Positions 50,096 through 62,728 of a DNA stretch of 64,000 nt are shown in pieces. Every line of letters starts with the position of its first letter. Positions within the stretch are counted from its first letter, which is position 1. The notes below the pieces were generated by a model. The model was not told the origin of the DNA, made no database searches, and was given only the letters and a program-made list of their open reading frames with translations. Both the position numbers and the translations under genes were made by a program. This stretch comes from Podarcis vaucheri (taxonomy: Eukaryota). The DNA lies in the NCBI GenBank assembly GCA_965113315.1, contig OZ220364.1; one strand, given 5' to 3'.

Positions 50096-51308
50096 GTGAG
50101 CCAGTTGCGCGGGTTAGGCGCTCTCCTTTCCCGGACCCCGCTTCAGAAAAGCCGAGGTTGTGTGGACAAGCCCAGTGGGAGGTCGGGCTGAGCTGTGGAT
50201 GGGCGGGCAGTTTCCCTCCCCGTTCTCTTTTCGACGGGCATCAGCACTGCTCCATTAAAAACACTGTCACATGGAATTAAAGTAGTGAACAGCATGTTGC
50301 AAGTGACTCAAGCCCACGCTGGGGAATAGACTATGTTTATAAACCCAGAGAGTCTTCTGCTGGTTTCCTCACTTCCAGAAGTGAAGTTACAAAGAGACTT
50401 TTTCTGTAGTGGCTCCGTCCCAGTGGGAACACCTTCCCTTCAGGTGTCAAGACAACTATCTGACTTTTGGTGCTTTTTGAGTTTGGTTATATATATACCT
50501 GGTCCTTTGCTGTTAATCAATTGTTTTAAAAGCAAATATTAATATGCAGTGCCGCCCGCTTTGGGCATCTCAGACCCCGAGCCAGTTAAACATGGAGTTG
50601 CAGTGGCCTTCCATTTGAACTATGTCATAGAGAGAGGTTGACATAAGACAGCCAGGACACCTCTTACTTGGTAGCAGGTGAGAAAAATATTGGATTGCCC
50701 CCCCCCCATCTCTTGCCTGTTACACCTCTGGGATTAGAAGTATCATGGCATGGAGGTCAGAAAACTAAGTTGCCTTTTCAACAACCTGCCTCCATTGGGG
50801 CCTTGTCTTAGGTCCGGAGGAGAGGAGTTGGCCCAGTCTTTTAGAAACTCTCAGCTGTGTTGTAATCATATGCACTGCAAAAAGCTGACTTCACTGTGTA
50901 AGAACAACACCATCCCAGCCCATACATCTCAAGTTTGCAGTTACTTCCAAGTTAAAAGATGATGTGTAATTTATAAAAAGAAAAAAACATTTATCACATA
51001 TGCTGAATGCAAGGGGGGAAGTGGCTGCCCCCTTTTTATATGGTAAAGTAAGAGACTTTATGATGTCAAATTAGGAGCCAAATATTATAAGTAACCTGAT
51101 TTGAGACTGTGGTTAAAAAAACAATGTGCTATCAGGCCTTGCAGCATCTCATGGCAACTGACAGTTTTCCTGCAGTGAAAGAGATGTTTGGGATGGGTTG
51201 TCACTGCCCACTTGCTCTACTGGCAGGAAGTAGAATCCTCCAGGAGGAGCTACCTGAGTGGGCTGGGCAACCTCTCTCAGTATGCTAATATTCAAACCTG
51301 AGAACTAT

Positions 51309-51442
51309 GTTACAGGTAGGTAGCCGTGTTGGTCTGCCGTAGTCAAAACTAAATAAAAAAAATCCTTCCAGTAGCACCTTAAAGACCAACTAAGTTAGTT
51401 CTTGGTATGAGCTTTCGTGTGCATGCACACTGCTTCAGATAT
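51309..51442 (-). mobile_element. Penelope-like element pLTR fragment
   Basis: 11-bp TSD ctgagaactat (51298-51308, 51443-51453); gtagccgtgttggtc...gaccaact...agctttcg...cttcag pattern typical of vertebrate Penelope ends. Confidence 0.75.
51404..51442 (-). ncRNA. Minimal type I hammerhead ribozyme motif, likely impaired
   Basis: - strand reads UAU-CUGAAGC-A-GUGUGCAUGCACAC-GAAA-GCUC^AUA; core position 9 is C rather than A. Confidence 0.6.
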
Positions 51443-52693
51443 CTGAGAACTATAATCAGTAATGTGGCAACCAAGAGCTGTAAGGGAGGAAAGCTTAATG
51501 GGCTGGAAATGAATATAAGAGAGATGGTCATATAGACAGGGAAATAAGAGAGGGAAACCCCTCTCCAGACTGCAGGATAAGGACCCCTGTTTTAAGTATG
51601 CTGACAGTACACATCTTTATACACCTGGCTATGGCTGATCCTAGTACCTACAGTAGCAGAATATTACCACTGGGCAGGCCAACACCCCTTCTCACTGCAG
51701 AAAAAGAGCTTAACACAAAGTCCAACATTCTCTTTTCCTTCAGTGGAGGAGGGGAGTCTAGGATGAGTTTGGGTGCAAACTATGTCCCTGTGACCTGATA
51801 TAACACCTGAAGGAAGCCTTTGCTGACATATATCTGTCGAGAGGCAGCTCTGGTAGAGGTGGCAGCTCCTAAAATCTCCCCTAGGAGAGCCCTGGTCCCA
51901 AATGTGGCAGAAGTGTGCTATGATGCTCTGGGTGGCTTTTCTTGGTGTCCTTGCCTTGAACAGAGTCCCCCAAACCCTCCAAAAAAAGTTGCTATCTCAA
52001 TAGTTCCCACACAGAAAAATAAGTATATTTCCACTTTTGCTGCTCTGCCTGGTGTTGGTGAGAGTGGAAAGTGGGTCTTGAGCATATGTAGGTCCCATGT
52101 TAAGATGAAGCTGCAAAGTTGGCCAAGAATCTCACAGCCTAATTTGTATTGAATGCTAATGATTTCCAGCTATCTGTAGAATGTCAAGTGCCTGTTCTCA
52201 GTTAGAAAAATGTCACTTATGCTGAATTTGCAGCATGAAAGAGGATAACTGCATTATGTGTGACCTCTAAACAATGATAAGCAAAAATGTCTCTTGAAAT
52301 TACCAATTCCAGAAGTCTTTAGTGAGACCCGTTACTCATGCTGTTTACTTGCAATTTCAGTTTTGATGAGCTGCACTTTCCCTAAATGTCTCTAAACACA
52401 GTTAACTGTCATCTCTCACAAGATTAATTCTGGTATAACACATTCTCAACTCCTTTATTGCTGGATGAGGTGCTGTTTCTCCCCGTAGCTCTACAGTCAG
52501 TTCTCCATTTCTGAACTCTGGTTGTCTTAATCATGGTGTCTTGGAGCAGAATCATTGTCTCTGTCTTGCTGGCTTTCTGGATTTTGTGCTTCCCACAGAT
52601 TTCCACATAAAATTCAGAAACAGCAGTACTACACACTGGGATGGGAGATTCCAAGGCTCAGATACCCGGTCTTACCTTCCTCCTTTCCTGCAG

Positions 52694-52820
52694 AGTGGTG
52701 CCAGCCTGACCTGGGGCGCCGTCAGAAGCTGCATTTCAGCCGTCAGTATATCCTACACCACAATAGCAGAGCAATTGTCTCCGTTACTCCTGTTGGCGTT
52801 CCAGCTGAGATCCGGGACCA
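52694..52820 (+). CDS. APEH-like exon 3
   Basis: EWCQPDLGRRQKLHFSRQYILHHN; 127 nt as in APEH. Confidence 0.92.
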
Positions 52821-53615
52821 GTACGTAGAGCATCCAGTTGCCCTTAGCATACCTAACCATGCTTTAGAAATTCAATCCAGACTTGGATTGGGATAACCTG
52901 ACACAAGATAAAATATAAACCAGAGTAAGGATAATCAACTTTTCCCAAGGAACCAAGATAGGTCAGAATGGGTTGTTTTCAAGGGGATGCTTTAAGAGAA
53001 CATAACTTTTTTTGCCTTGGTGACAAATTGTGCTACCCTATTACTGTCAGCTGTAACTGGCATCAGTTTCCGCAAGTCATAGGCCAAGATCCTTCTTTGT
53101 GCAACCTGAAAGTCTTCTACTGGGAGTGATGGGAATCATAGGACTGCATATAAACTATTTAGCTCCTTTCCAGGTTTGAGGGTTTTCCTTAAAGAAGAAG
53201 GAAATAAATGGGCTTTAACCAAATGACCTATCTATTGGTTTACTTGCACAGATTTTAAGCTTTGTTTTAGGGGCAGTTATGCAACAATGAGTGCTCATCC
53301 TGACTTGACTTTGGGTTGTTTATATATCATCCTGTCAATTTGCTCGTCCCATACTTTGTGATGTTAGGAAAGTGACAGGGAAATGAATTTGAAAGTCCTT
53401 TAGAAAAAAGTGGATTTGTTGCGTTAAGGTAACAGAGTGCTTTAACCTACTTGAATTGTGCACACCTAAAGTTTTGGTGTGTGCTTGAATCCCTCCTGAA
53501 AAACACTGATGGCCTTTGGTGGGGTGGGGGGGATGGGAGTAGGGTGTCCTTTGGTTTAAAATGCCTCTCAGAGCTGGCTCTGCTGCTCATGTTGTCCCTC
53601 TCTCCTTTGCCACAG

Positions 53616-53703
53616 ACTGCTGATCAGAATGTCACCCACTGGGATGCATAAGGCTGTTTTCACCCATCACTTGGAAATGGGGCAGAAGCAGGAAGTGATA
53701 GAG
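53616..53703 (+). CDS. APEH-like exon 4
   Basis: LLIRMSPTGMHKAVF...QEVIE. Confidence 0.88.
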
Positions 53704-54568
53704 GTAAAATGGTGTGTGTGTGTGTGTGTGTGACAGTAAAGTGCATGCTAGCTAGCAAATACCCGTCACACCTATAGAGCAAGGATGGTGCTGCAAAGAC
53801 TTATTAAATGCTTTGTGTAGAAAGAGTAGGAATAGTGTTGCTGCACCCAGGCATGTGTATTTGGAATTTTGTAGGAATATAATTTTACAATGCTGTATAC
53901 AGCCATCCGCTTGTGGGCTGTTATTATGTGCATTATAAAATATTGTGGTTTTAAAATAAAAAAAGAGTAATTTTGGTTTGGAGAATTTGGTGGGCTGAGT
54001 GGGTTTTTTATTATTGCTGGTTCACTGGGGGTGTTTTGTAGAAATAACCTTGTATTTTACATTTTAAAATTGATGCTGTTGTATTATTTATTTATATTTT
54101 ATAATGTAAACTGCTTTGAAAGAGTTATTCTCAGGAAGGCAATCTATAAATATTTTAAATAGAAATAAAGAGTCAAAGCTGGTTACTACAAGCCTCTGGA
54201 TAAAACAGAATAACTTGATAATTGCCTTTTTGTTAACATGAAATCTGAGTTTCAGACACGGATGAGAAGGAAGGAAGTCTGCCGTATTATGTGTGAAACA
54301 TCTAGGGAATCTGCCTTTATGGGGATACATAGACAGACCAAAGGTGGGGGATTACATGCACAGTCCCTTTGGACTGGTATCACTGGGCACATGTCTCTTA
54401 AAATCTGGCACTGCCCTCCCTCACCTCTTCAGCTCCCCCATCTTCTTCAGTCCTAGCAGTGGAGTCAGGGAAGAAAGTGGTTATGGTGCTTGAGGAAATG
54501 TAGCAGGCCTGTTGATATTGCATGGTAGTGGTGGGCATTGGCCTGTGATGATTTCTGCTTCTCGGCAG

Positions 54569-54644
54569 GTCTGGAACAAGAGTGGAAGGGTGAGAAGCAT
54601 TAATCTCACATCACTGGATAAACACGGCAGAGTATACACAGATG
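54569..54644 (+). CDS. APEH-like exon 5
   Basis: VWNKSGRVRSINLTSLDKHGRVYTD; 76 nt. Confidence 0.93.
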
Positions 54645-55427
54645 GTAAGGGCAAAAGAAGTGGGCTTGGCTGTATCCTGCTACTCTGCAGACAAAGCAAG
54701 TGATGTTCCCTCAGTCCTGTGTGCCCTGCTCTCTCCCAGCACAACACTTGCTCATGCTTCTTCCTATTAACATCCTCTCTCTAACGCCAAAGGAGAATTT
54801 GGTTATCCTACACTATATTCTTTCCTCTTTTACTGCCCTTTCAGGCATCTCTGGGTGGCGTTCTTAAAAGGTCCTCCCTAACTCTCACTGGAACCAGGTT
54901 TTCAGATCTTAGTGACAAGGCTAGGCTGAACTGCTTTGGTGAATGTCACACTAGCCATGCATCTAGGTCACAAAGCACACACGCCTTTACATGTTTCTGT
55001 CTGTGAAAACGGTCTGAGGTAGAATTCTGGTGAGGCCACATTCATATTTAAATATGCAGCACAATGCTACTTGAGATTTCACTGTCTGCCCTACTTGCTT
55101 AGCTTGGCCTTTAGATAGCAAACCCTGAGCTCTTTGCATCTTAAGCATCAAACTTCCACAAAAGGGGGAGCTTGCTTTTTAGGCACACATTCTCTTTTTT
55201 ATATAACAACAGGAGCTGCTGCCTCATACTAGGAGTGCTAATTCCCCTGCAATGGCTTTGGGGAAATATCAGATCAGTCAGCCAACCTGTTACCCATAGT
55301 TGTGTGCTCAGCATTATGAACTGCTTCTCTTCCCACTTGCATTCTGCTTTAGTGAGAGGGGTCAGCCTTTACCCTTGCCTTTAAGGAAGATCATTGCCTA
55401 TTTTCCTTTCTGACCTTATGCCACCAG

Positions 55428-55564
55428 AGCAGTTTGGGTGTGTTGCCTGGTCCAGTTCAGAAACACAGATCCTTTATGTCGCTGAGAGAAGACGCCCCAA
55501 AAGGCAACCACTTTTCCCTCAAAGCAGGTCCCCCCAAGGAGAGGAGCCAGGTGAAACAAGAAAG
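55428..55564 (+). CDS. APEH-like exon 6
   Basis: QFGCVAWSSSETQILYVAERRRPK. Confidence 0.9.
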
Positions 55565-55635
55565 GTATCTACTTTTTATTATTCGGCATTGAGATGTTTA
55601 TACTGTGCCACATGCTTTACCGTCTTTATTCTGTC

Positions 55636-56424
55636 ATAGAATCAGAATTGTAGAGCTGGAAGGGGCCCCAAGGGCCATCTTGTCCACCCCGTACAATGAA
55701 GTAATATCAACTACAGCATCCATAACAGATGCCATCCAACCTCTGCTTAAAAACCTCCAAGGAAGGAGAGTCCACCACCTCTCAAGGGAGTCTGTTCAAC
55801 TGCTGAAGAGCTCTTACTGTCAGAAAGCTCTTTCTGATGTTTAGTTGGAATCTCCTTTCTTGTGACTTGAGTCCATTGGTTTGGCTGCTACCCTTTGGAG
55901 CAGGAGAACAGAAGCTTGCTCCATGTTCATGTGACAGCCCTTTAGACACTTGAAGTTGGCTATCATATCTCCTATCAGTCTCCTCTTATTCAGGCTAAGC
56001 ACACCCAACTCCCTTAACTGTTCCTCATAAGGCTTGGTTTCCTGATGCTTGATCATCTTGGTCGTCTCCTCTGCACACATTCCAACTATTAAATATCCTT
56101 CTTAAATTGTGGTGCTCCAAACTGGACACAATATTCCAAGTGTGGTATGACTAAGGCAGAATAGAGTGGTACTATTACTTCCCTTGATCTGGACACTATA
56201 CTTCTGTTGATGCAGCCTAGAAGAGCATTAGCTTTTTTTTTTGCTGGTGCATCACACTGTTTGGCTTGTGGTCTACTAAGAACCCTAGATCCTTTTCACA
56301 TGTACTGCTGGCAAGCCTGATGTCCCTCATTTTATATTTGTGCAGCTGGTGTTCCTGCCTAATTGCAGAACCTTATATTTGTCCCTATTGAAATGAGTTT
56401 TGTTCATTTTCTTAGTTTGAACCC
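55636..56424 (-). mobile_element. CR1 LINE 3' fragment
   Basis: KPYEEQLRELGVLSLNKRRLIGDMIANFKCLKG ORF2 C-terminus; ATTCTATG terminal repeat. Confidence 0.85.
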
Positions 56425-56425
56425 A

Positions 56426-56603
56426 GCAGCTGCTGGGTGACCTTGGGCCAGTCACACTTCTCTGAAGTCTCTCAGCCCCACTCACCTCACAGAGTGTTTG
56501 TTGTGGGGGAGGAAGGGAAAGGAGAATGTTAGCCACTTTGAGACTCCTTAAAGGGAGTGAAAGGCGGGATATCAAATCCAAACTCTTCTTCTTCTTCTTC
56601 TTC
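56426..56603 (+). mobile_element. 5'-truncated copy of the same SINE with (CTT)n tail
   Basis: Reverse complement of 4423-4590. Confidence 0.85.
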
Positions 56604-56883
56604 TCCAGTCTGTTAAATTGGAAAATAGGGACACTTGGATGGTCTGAAATAGTCACATTTGACTTCAAAAGAGGACCAGTGGTCAGGGATGATGGGAGTT
56701 GTAGTCCAACAACACTGAGGACTCAAGTTTAAGAAACACTGGCTTAGAGAATAGTTTGTGGATTAAAATTGCAGATAAAGTCGTGCTTATGGAGGCATAA
56801 CTGCAGAGGTTGTCTGCAGAAAATTCTGGTGAGTGAAAAAAGCCTTTGCATGACATTGAGGCCTATATGTCTTTCTCATGGGA

Positions 56884-57250
56884 AACTCTATACCTGTATT
56901 CCTGAAGGAGCGTTTCCACCCCCAGTGTTCAGCCCACACACAGAGATCAGCACCGAGGGCCTTCTGGCTGTTCCCTCACTGCAAGAAGTGAGGTTACAGG
57001 GAACCAGGCAGAGGGCCTTCTCAGTAGTGGCGTCCACCCTGTGGAACACCCTCCCGTCAGATGTCAAGGAAATAAACAACTATCTGACTTTTAGAGGACA
57101 TATGAAAGCAGCCCTGTTTAGGGAAGCTTTTAATATTTGATGTTTTTTCATATTATTATTATTATTCTGTTGGGAGCCGTACAGAGTGGCTGGGGAAACC
57201 CAGCCAGATGGGCGGGGTGTAAATAATAAATTACTGTTGTTGTTGATTAT
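56884..57250 (+). mobile_element. L2 LINE 3' end
   Basis: RAFSVVASTLWNTLPSDVK...ALFREAF ORF2 end plus AT-rich tail. Confidence 0.8.
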
Positions 57251-57300
57251 TATTTGGATCAGGAATCTTCACAAGACCTTCCCCTCTGCTTTTTTTCTAG

Positions 57301-57438
57301 GAGGAGCACTTTGTATACCATGACAATTGGGGAGAGGCACTGAGTGATAAAAGCTTCCCTGTCTTGTGCGTGGTGAATGTTGAAACCAGTGAAGTTTCAG
57401 TGCTAGAGGGCATCCCAGGGCATATCTCACCTGGACAG
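57301..57438 (+). CDS. APEH-like exon 7
   Basis: EEHFVYHDNWGEAL...HISPGQ; 138 nt. Confidence 0.93.
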
Positions 57439-58379
57439 GTTAGTGCAATGCAGCATGGGAATTTAATGGGACACTCCTCAAGCCACCATGGATTGCAAGC
57501 ATTTCAGAATAATGAAGCAAGATTTAAATTAATACAATGGGGGGAGGAAGTCTCTGACCCATTTGCTTTATTTGGCTTGCAGAAGAATGCATGAAGCGGA
57601 CATACTAGGTGTCCTGGGTCCTAGAGGTGGTTCTGAGCTCACAAATTGTATTTCTCTTGATGATTCTTGCACTTTTTGCACCCTTAGCTTTTGAATAGTG
57701 TTGAACTGACCAAGGGAATCTGACAGTGGCTTTCCATATCCTCCTAGAAGGCGTTTTTTCAGAGCCAACTTTCCCTCAGCCCAGAAAGAGGCTTCCATGT
57801 ACAGGCAAAAACAGGCAAACCATCTCCCAACCCATCATGTTGTATGTTGCAGTTGATGATCTGTTTGGTACAGAATGTTGTCACATTCGCTCCCCACTTA
57901 AACATAGAAGTTCACATCCTCTCTGTTTCATGCAAAAAGCATCTTTGCAATGGGTGGAACCATGCATACTGCTAAAATTTTAAAGGTAGAAAGTTGCTGT
58001 TTAAATAAATTGGTGCTGGAGTACAGAGGTTTATTCATTTGTGCAACATCAGTTCAAGCGCTAGAGGCTGGAGCTCAGCAGAAGCCTGCTGGAGAAAATG
58101 CTGCTTTCTCAGATCCATCACCTGACCCTTCATCATATGCAGAGGCAGATACATACCTCCCATGCTTTCTGCTTCCAAACACTTGTAACAGTAAAGTAGT
58201 CTGCTGCCTGCAGAGCCCTGAAGATTGGAGCATCTCCCAGTAAACAGCCTTGTTGAATTTCAGCCGCTGCAGCAGCATTCTGCAAATCTTGCGGGGAGAC
58301 AATGGAGACGTAGCTTGGCCCATGGTGCAGCACACCCAGATGTGAATGGGTAATATTTTGCTTTTGCTTCCCTGGCCAG

Positions 58380-58471
58380 GCCCTGTGGTCCCCAGACGAC
58401 AAAGGTATACTGTTCGTTGGCTGGTGGCACGAGCCCTTCAGACTGGGGTTGAATGCTTGCTCCAACAGAAG
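58380..58471 (+). CDS. APEH-like exon 8
   Basis: ALWSPDDKGILFVGWWHEPFRLGLNACSNR; 92 nt. Confidence 0.94.
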
Positions 58472-58767
58472 GTAGGCAAGGTCTCAGTCACTCTTAAGTG
58501 TGAAACCATGGATTCAGCTCTCCAGTTGGCTGTGCCAGGACCAGCCACTGCTTCAGGGGAAATTATGAGGGCAACATTTTGCTCAGTTTAGAGGAAAAAA
58601 TAAAACAAAAGGGGGGGGGAATACATGTCCTGAACAATAATGAGATCTTAGTCGGTGATCTCGGTGATCATTTCTAAAAAGTAGAAACAACAGAAGTGAT
58701 ATTCTTGGGTTTGGAAGGAGCCAAATGGGTTATTTGTTAGTCCAGCTCCACCCCTGTCCTTCCTAAA

Positions 58768-59016
58768 AGAAGAAAAAGAAGAGTTTGGATTTGATATCCC
58801 GCCTTTCACTCCCCTTCAGAAGTCTCAAAGCGGCTAACAGTCTCGTTTCCCTTCCTTCCCCACAACAAACACTCTGTGAGGTGAGTGGGGCTGAGAGACT
58901 TCAGAGAAGTATGACTAGCCCAAGGTCACCCAGCAGCTGCATGTGGAGGAGCGGAGACGCGAACCCAGTTCCCCAGATTACGAGACTACCGCTCTTAACC
59001 ACTACACCACACTGGC
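58768..59016 (-). mobile_element. Young tRNA-derived SINE, same family as 4423-4668
   Basis: High identity to 4423-4668 over ~245 bp. Confidence 0.85.
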
Positions 59017-59348
59017 AAGGTGTAGTATAGACTATATCTATATGATTCCTGATGGGTGACAGCCCATATTTTCCTTGGTGAAAACTTCCAAGGAAATGCA
59101 TTCTGCTTCTCTAAAGTAGCCTGTTCCACAATATATATATATATACAAATAACCATGAAGGTTTTCCTAAATCAATGGAAGGTTGAAGGGAAAGCCTCAA
59201 GATCCTCAGCTTCACTATATTTTAAGTGCAGAGTGTGAAAATTTAATCCTATAGTTACTAGTATTTAATTCATCATGGGTTGGGTGGGTGGGTGAAAAAC
59301 CTTGCCCCTGTTAGAGACGTCTCACCCATTCCCCTCTCCCTGCCATAG

Positions 59349-59389
59349 GTCAGCCCTTTTTCTCTTCGATCTCTCTGAAAGTAGCTGTG
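59349..59389 (+). CDS. APEH-like exon 9
   Basis: SALFLFDLSESSC; 41 nt. Confidence 0.9.
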
Positions 59390-60408
59390 GTAAGTCATCT
59401 TGGAGGCAGCTTATCTCTTGTCCCTCCCTGCAGCATCTTTCCTTCCCATGTTTCTCCAACAATGGTGGTGGTGGGGTGTACCTGTAGCTTCTCAGTCATT
59501 TGGAGCCCTGGGTGGATTTCCTGACAGTGACAAATGTTTGCACAGTTGGTCAGGGCTATCACATTCAAATATGTCAAGCATTCTTTGTTGTAACTTCACA
59601 AATGGACGCATTTCAGCAGAAACAACTTTTCCTGCCTTAGTACTGCAAAGAAAGAGCAACCGTGACTGCCAAATTTACAATCTGTGTGTATGTGCAAGCC
59701 AGAAGAGCCCAGTCTTCCATAAAATTCTGCAGCCCAGGAGAATCTCGGTTTTGCAGCTTAATTTGCCTTTTGTAAAGGAGCTTAAAAATGCCCAGAGATA
59801 TGGCCTTCTAATGTTTCAGCAATCAGACATGTGGTTTGCATGGCCGGATTTCGGTTTGATGAGGCCCTAAGCTACTGAAGGTAATGGTGCCCTTTATATG
59901 TCCAGCTGCCCTTTGTCAACAACAAATTGTCACTGTTTTTTGTGTTGAATATATGCTATATGGTACTTTATGGACCTAATAGGTCCAAACACAGCACAAA
60001 ATGCTGTTGCTGTATGTAGGTTTTATTTTATTTGTTTTTTTATCTTATATATTGGAAATGTACATCCAGATTTTTTTTCTTTAAATTTTTTTTTTGGGGG
60101 GGTCAAGAGAGTGGGGCCCTAAGCTATAGCTTGTTTAGCTTATACATAAATCTGGCACTGCCTTTAGAGGTTACTAGTTTCAAACTTACTTTGCTTTCCA
60201 AAGATGTCTATAGTTTCTTCAGTCACTATTGCTCCTTTCTTATATCTTTTTTTTTTTTCAAAATGTGAGTAAAGAAACGTCAGAAGAAGCCTCAGAGGTA
60301 AATTTGCAGAGACTTTTCAGAAAAGGAATTCAGATCGCTCACTGTTAATGTTTTTCTAATTTCATCACCTGGGGACTTCTGGCCAATTGCCTTTATTAGG
60401 TTAAAGTA

Positions 60409-60728
60409 CAGTGGTGCCCCGCAAGACGAATGCCTCGCAAGACGGAAAACCCGCTAGACGAAAGGGTTTTCCGTTTTGGAGGTGCTTCGCAAAACGAATT
60501 TCCTATGGGCTTGCTTCGCAAGACGAAAATGTCTTGCGAGTTCCTGCGGGGTTTTTTTCCCCTCCCCCCCCCTTTTCCCCAAGCCGCTAAGCCGGTTATC
60601 AGCTGATCCGCTAAACCGCTTATCAGCTGATCCGCTAAGCCGCTAATGGGCTTGCTTTGCAAGACGAAAAAACCGCAAGGCGAAGAGACTCGCGGAACGG
60701 ATTCTTTTCGTCTTGCGAGGCACCACTG
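60409..60728. mobile_element. Tigger/mariner-type MITE
   Basis: 22-bp TIR cagtggtgccccgcaagacgaa with one mismatch, TA TSD, internal 24-bp tandem unit. Confidence 0.9.
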
Positions 60729-60800
60729 TATTCTTTGCATATGTAACTCCACTTCAATGGATCTGAATGCTCTGCTGCTGCATTGTGTCTGTGGTTGCAG

Positions 60801-60922
60801 AGTTGCTGTCCTCAGATTCCAAGGCTGTTTCCTCTCCCCGGCTCAGCCCTGACGGAACTCGCCTGCTATACCTTGAGTGCCCTGTATTTGGGCCTCATCG
60901 CCAGTGTCTGAAGCTACAGATG
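60801..60922 (+). CDS. APEH-like exon 10
   Basis: ELLSSDSKAVSSPRLSPDGTRLLYLE; 122 nt. Confidence 0.94.
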
Positions 60923-61302
60923 GTAAGTGTGGCACTTCTGATAGGTAGTTGCTTGGAAGAGAAGGGACTGTGGGTGCAGGCAGGTCATAATAGCAAAGGA
61001 ACTGTGGAATTTGAAATGAGTATGCAACAACAACAAAAAACATTTAGAGAGTAGAAAAGCTGAGTTCAACATGGCCTTATTATAAAAAGTTAAAATGATA
61101 CAGTTCTTAAACACAACTAATTCTGATTGCAGAATTAAAACATTGTAGAATTTAGCATTTATTGAAAGATGCTTGAAGGGGAATTAGCTTGGAATCGACT
61201 ATTGAAAAGATGCAGAGCAATTGGTCTGTGGGATGCAGTGGAGGAGGAGTGTGAAGTTTGCTGCTTTGTATTCATTACCTGATTTTTTCCCCTCCTGCTT
61301 AG

Positions 61303-61363
61303 CTCAATTGGCAAACTAAGCTCACATCTACAGTGGTGGACGTAGTCAGGACTGCCACATCTG
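61303..61363 (+). CDS. APEH-like exon 11
   Basis: LNWQTKLTSTVVDVVR; 61 nt. Confidence 0.9.
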
Positions 61364-61659
61364 GTAAGTCTCAATTTCAGAGACTGGGCATGCAAAATTA
61401 GAGTTGCTTTTTTATCGTCTTGCCTCTTTAGTTCATACATGTCCTACCACCCAGCTCCTGCTACCACATACAAAAAGAATGCTAAGGCTTGCTTTTGTTA
61501 CCCAAAAATGGAGAGTCCTGCAGTCAGCCATATGCCTCCATATACACTGTATTCCATCCAGTGTGTTTTTATAATATCTGTTTGATGTTGTTCTCCAACA
61601 TTTCTCCAAAGCTCCAGACTTCAGCCATGTTTTACTTTAACCATTTTCTCCCTTTTCAG

Positions 61660-61754
61660 GGTTTTTGGGGATTTACTCAGGGGCACTGCCTCTGCTTTGT
61701 TGGGCTGCTGACAACCACAGAGTCCTGCTTAGCACTCCTCAAAGGAGTAGAAAG
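61660..61754 (+). CDS. APEH-like exon 12
   Basis: FLGIYSGALPLLCWAADNHRVLLSTPQRSRK. Confidence 0.92.
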
Positions 61755-62486
61755 GTATGCTGAGCCCAGAAGGGAAGACTTTGGGGTGTGAAGATGGTGT
61801 GCCAACAAAAGTTTGCAAATCAGTTAATGCTTTCCACCATTCCTGAGAATTTGCAAGATGAATAGGAAGATGTTCAGGTTTATGTAGCATGAATGCAAAA
61901 CCATTGGCTTTATAGAAAGTGTGTGTGTGTGTGTGTTTTCATACATTTGTCTTCCACCAATAACCTCAGAACAGAGCTTTAAGACTCACAACAATCTCTA
62001 TGATGTAGGTTAGGTTTAAATATTGTCGTGACCTGCTCAGTGAGCTTTGTATTTAAACAGGGATTTGATCTTGGCTTCTCCATGTCCTAATAAAGCACTT
62101 TTGCCACTCAGATACACATTTCAGAAATGTAAGAGCCAAGCTTTAATTACAGCTGGGGAACGTGAACCATGTGTACTGAACCTGAAAAGGCTCATAAGGG
62201 TGTAAAAAGTATCTGTTGGAAATCAGAGATGAAGAAACTGTGATTGAGAAGCTGGCATACAGGAGGCCTCAAGGCAGCAGTGGCTTTACTTCCCTCACTG
62301 CCTTAGACAGACAGTAGCATGGGATCAAACTTGGAACTAATTTACCAGTTCCTGAGCATCCTCCCCAGTTCCTTCCCTGCCTTACCTAGGAACTGAGCCC
62401 CTAGTCTTTCTCTAGTCTTGGATTACTTCAGAGGCAGCAAAAGTTGTGTCCTCCAGATGCTGCTGGACTCACATCATCCCTGAATA

Positions 62487-62728
62487 CAGTCATACCTTGG
62501 TTCTCGAACAGCTTAGTTAACAAACAAATTGGCTCCCAGACGCCGAAAACCCGGAAGTAAGTGTTCCGGTTTTTGAACGTTTTTCAGAAGCTGAACGTCC
62601 GACGCTAATTCCACTTGAGCGCAGGAAGCTCCTGCAGCCAATCGGAAGCTGTGCCTTGGTTTTCAAACAGTTTCAGGAGTCGGATGGATTTCCAGAACGG
62701 ATTAAGTTCGAGAACCAAGTTTCCACTG
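62487..62728. mobile_element. Tigger/mariner-type MITE nested in an hAT MITE
   Basis: TA-cagt...cttggttctcgaac / gttcgagaaccaag...actg-TA. Confidence 0.8.

Larger units (their letters stand above)
49470..50240 (+). promoter_or_regulatory. CpG-island promoter of the APEH-like paralogue
   Basis: Dense CpG, several CCCGCCC GC boxes and CCAAT near 49719, covering exons 1-2. Confidence 0.75.

Noticed and set aside
60580-60650. Short regularly spaced repeats, superficially CRISPR-like
   Set aside because: 24-bp tandem units with no unique spacers inside a TA-flanked MITE; eukaryotic context, no cas genes
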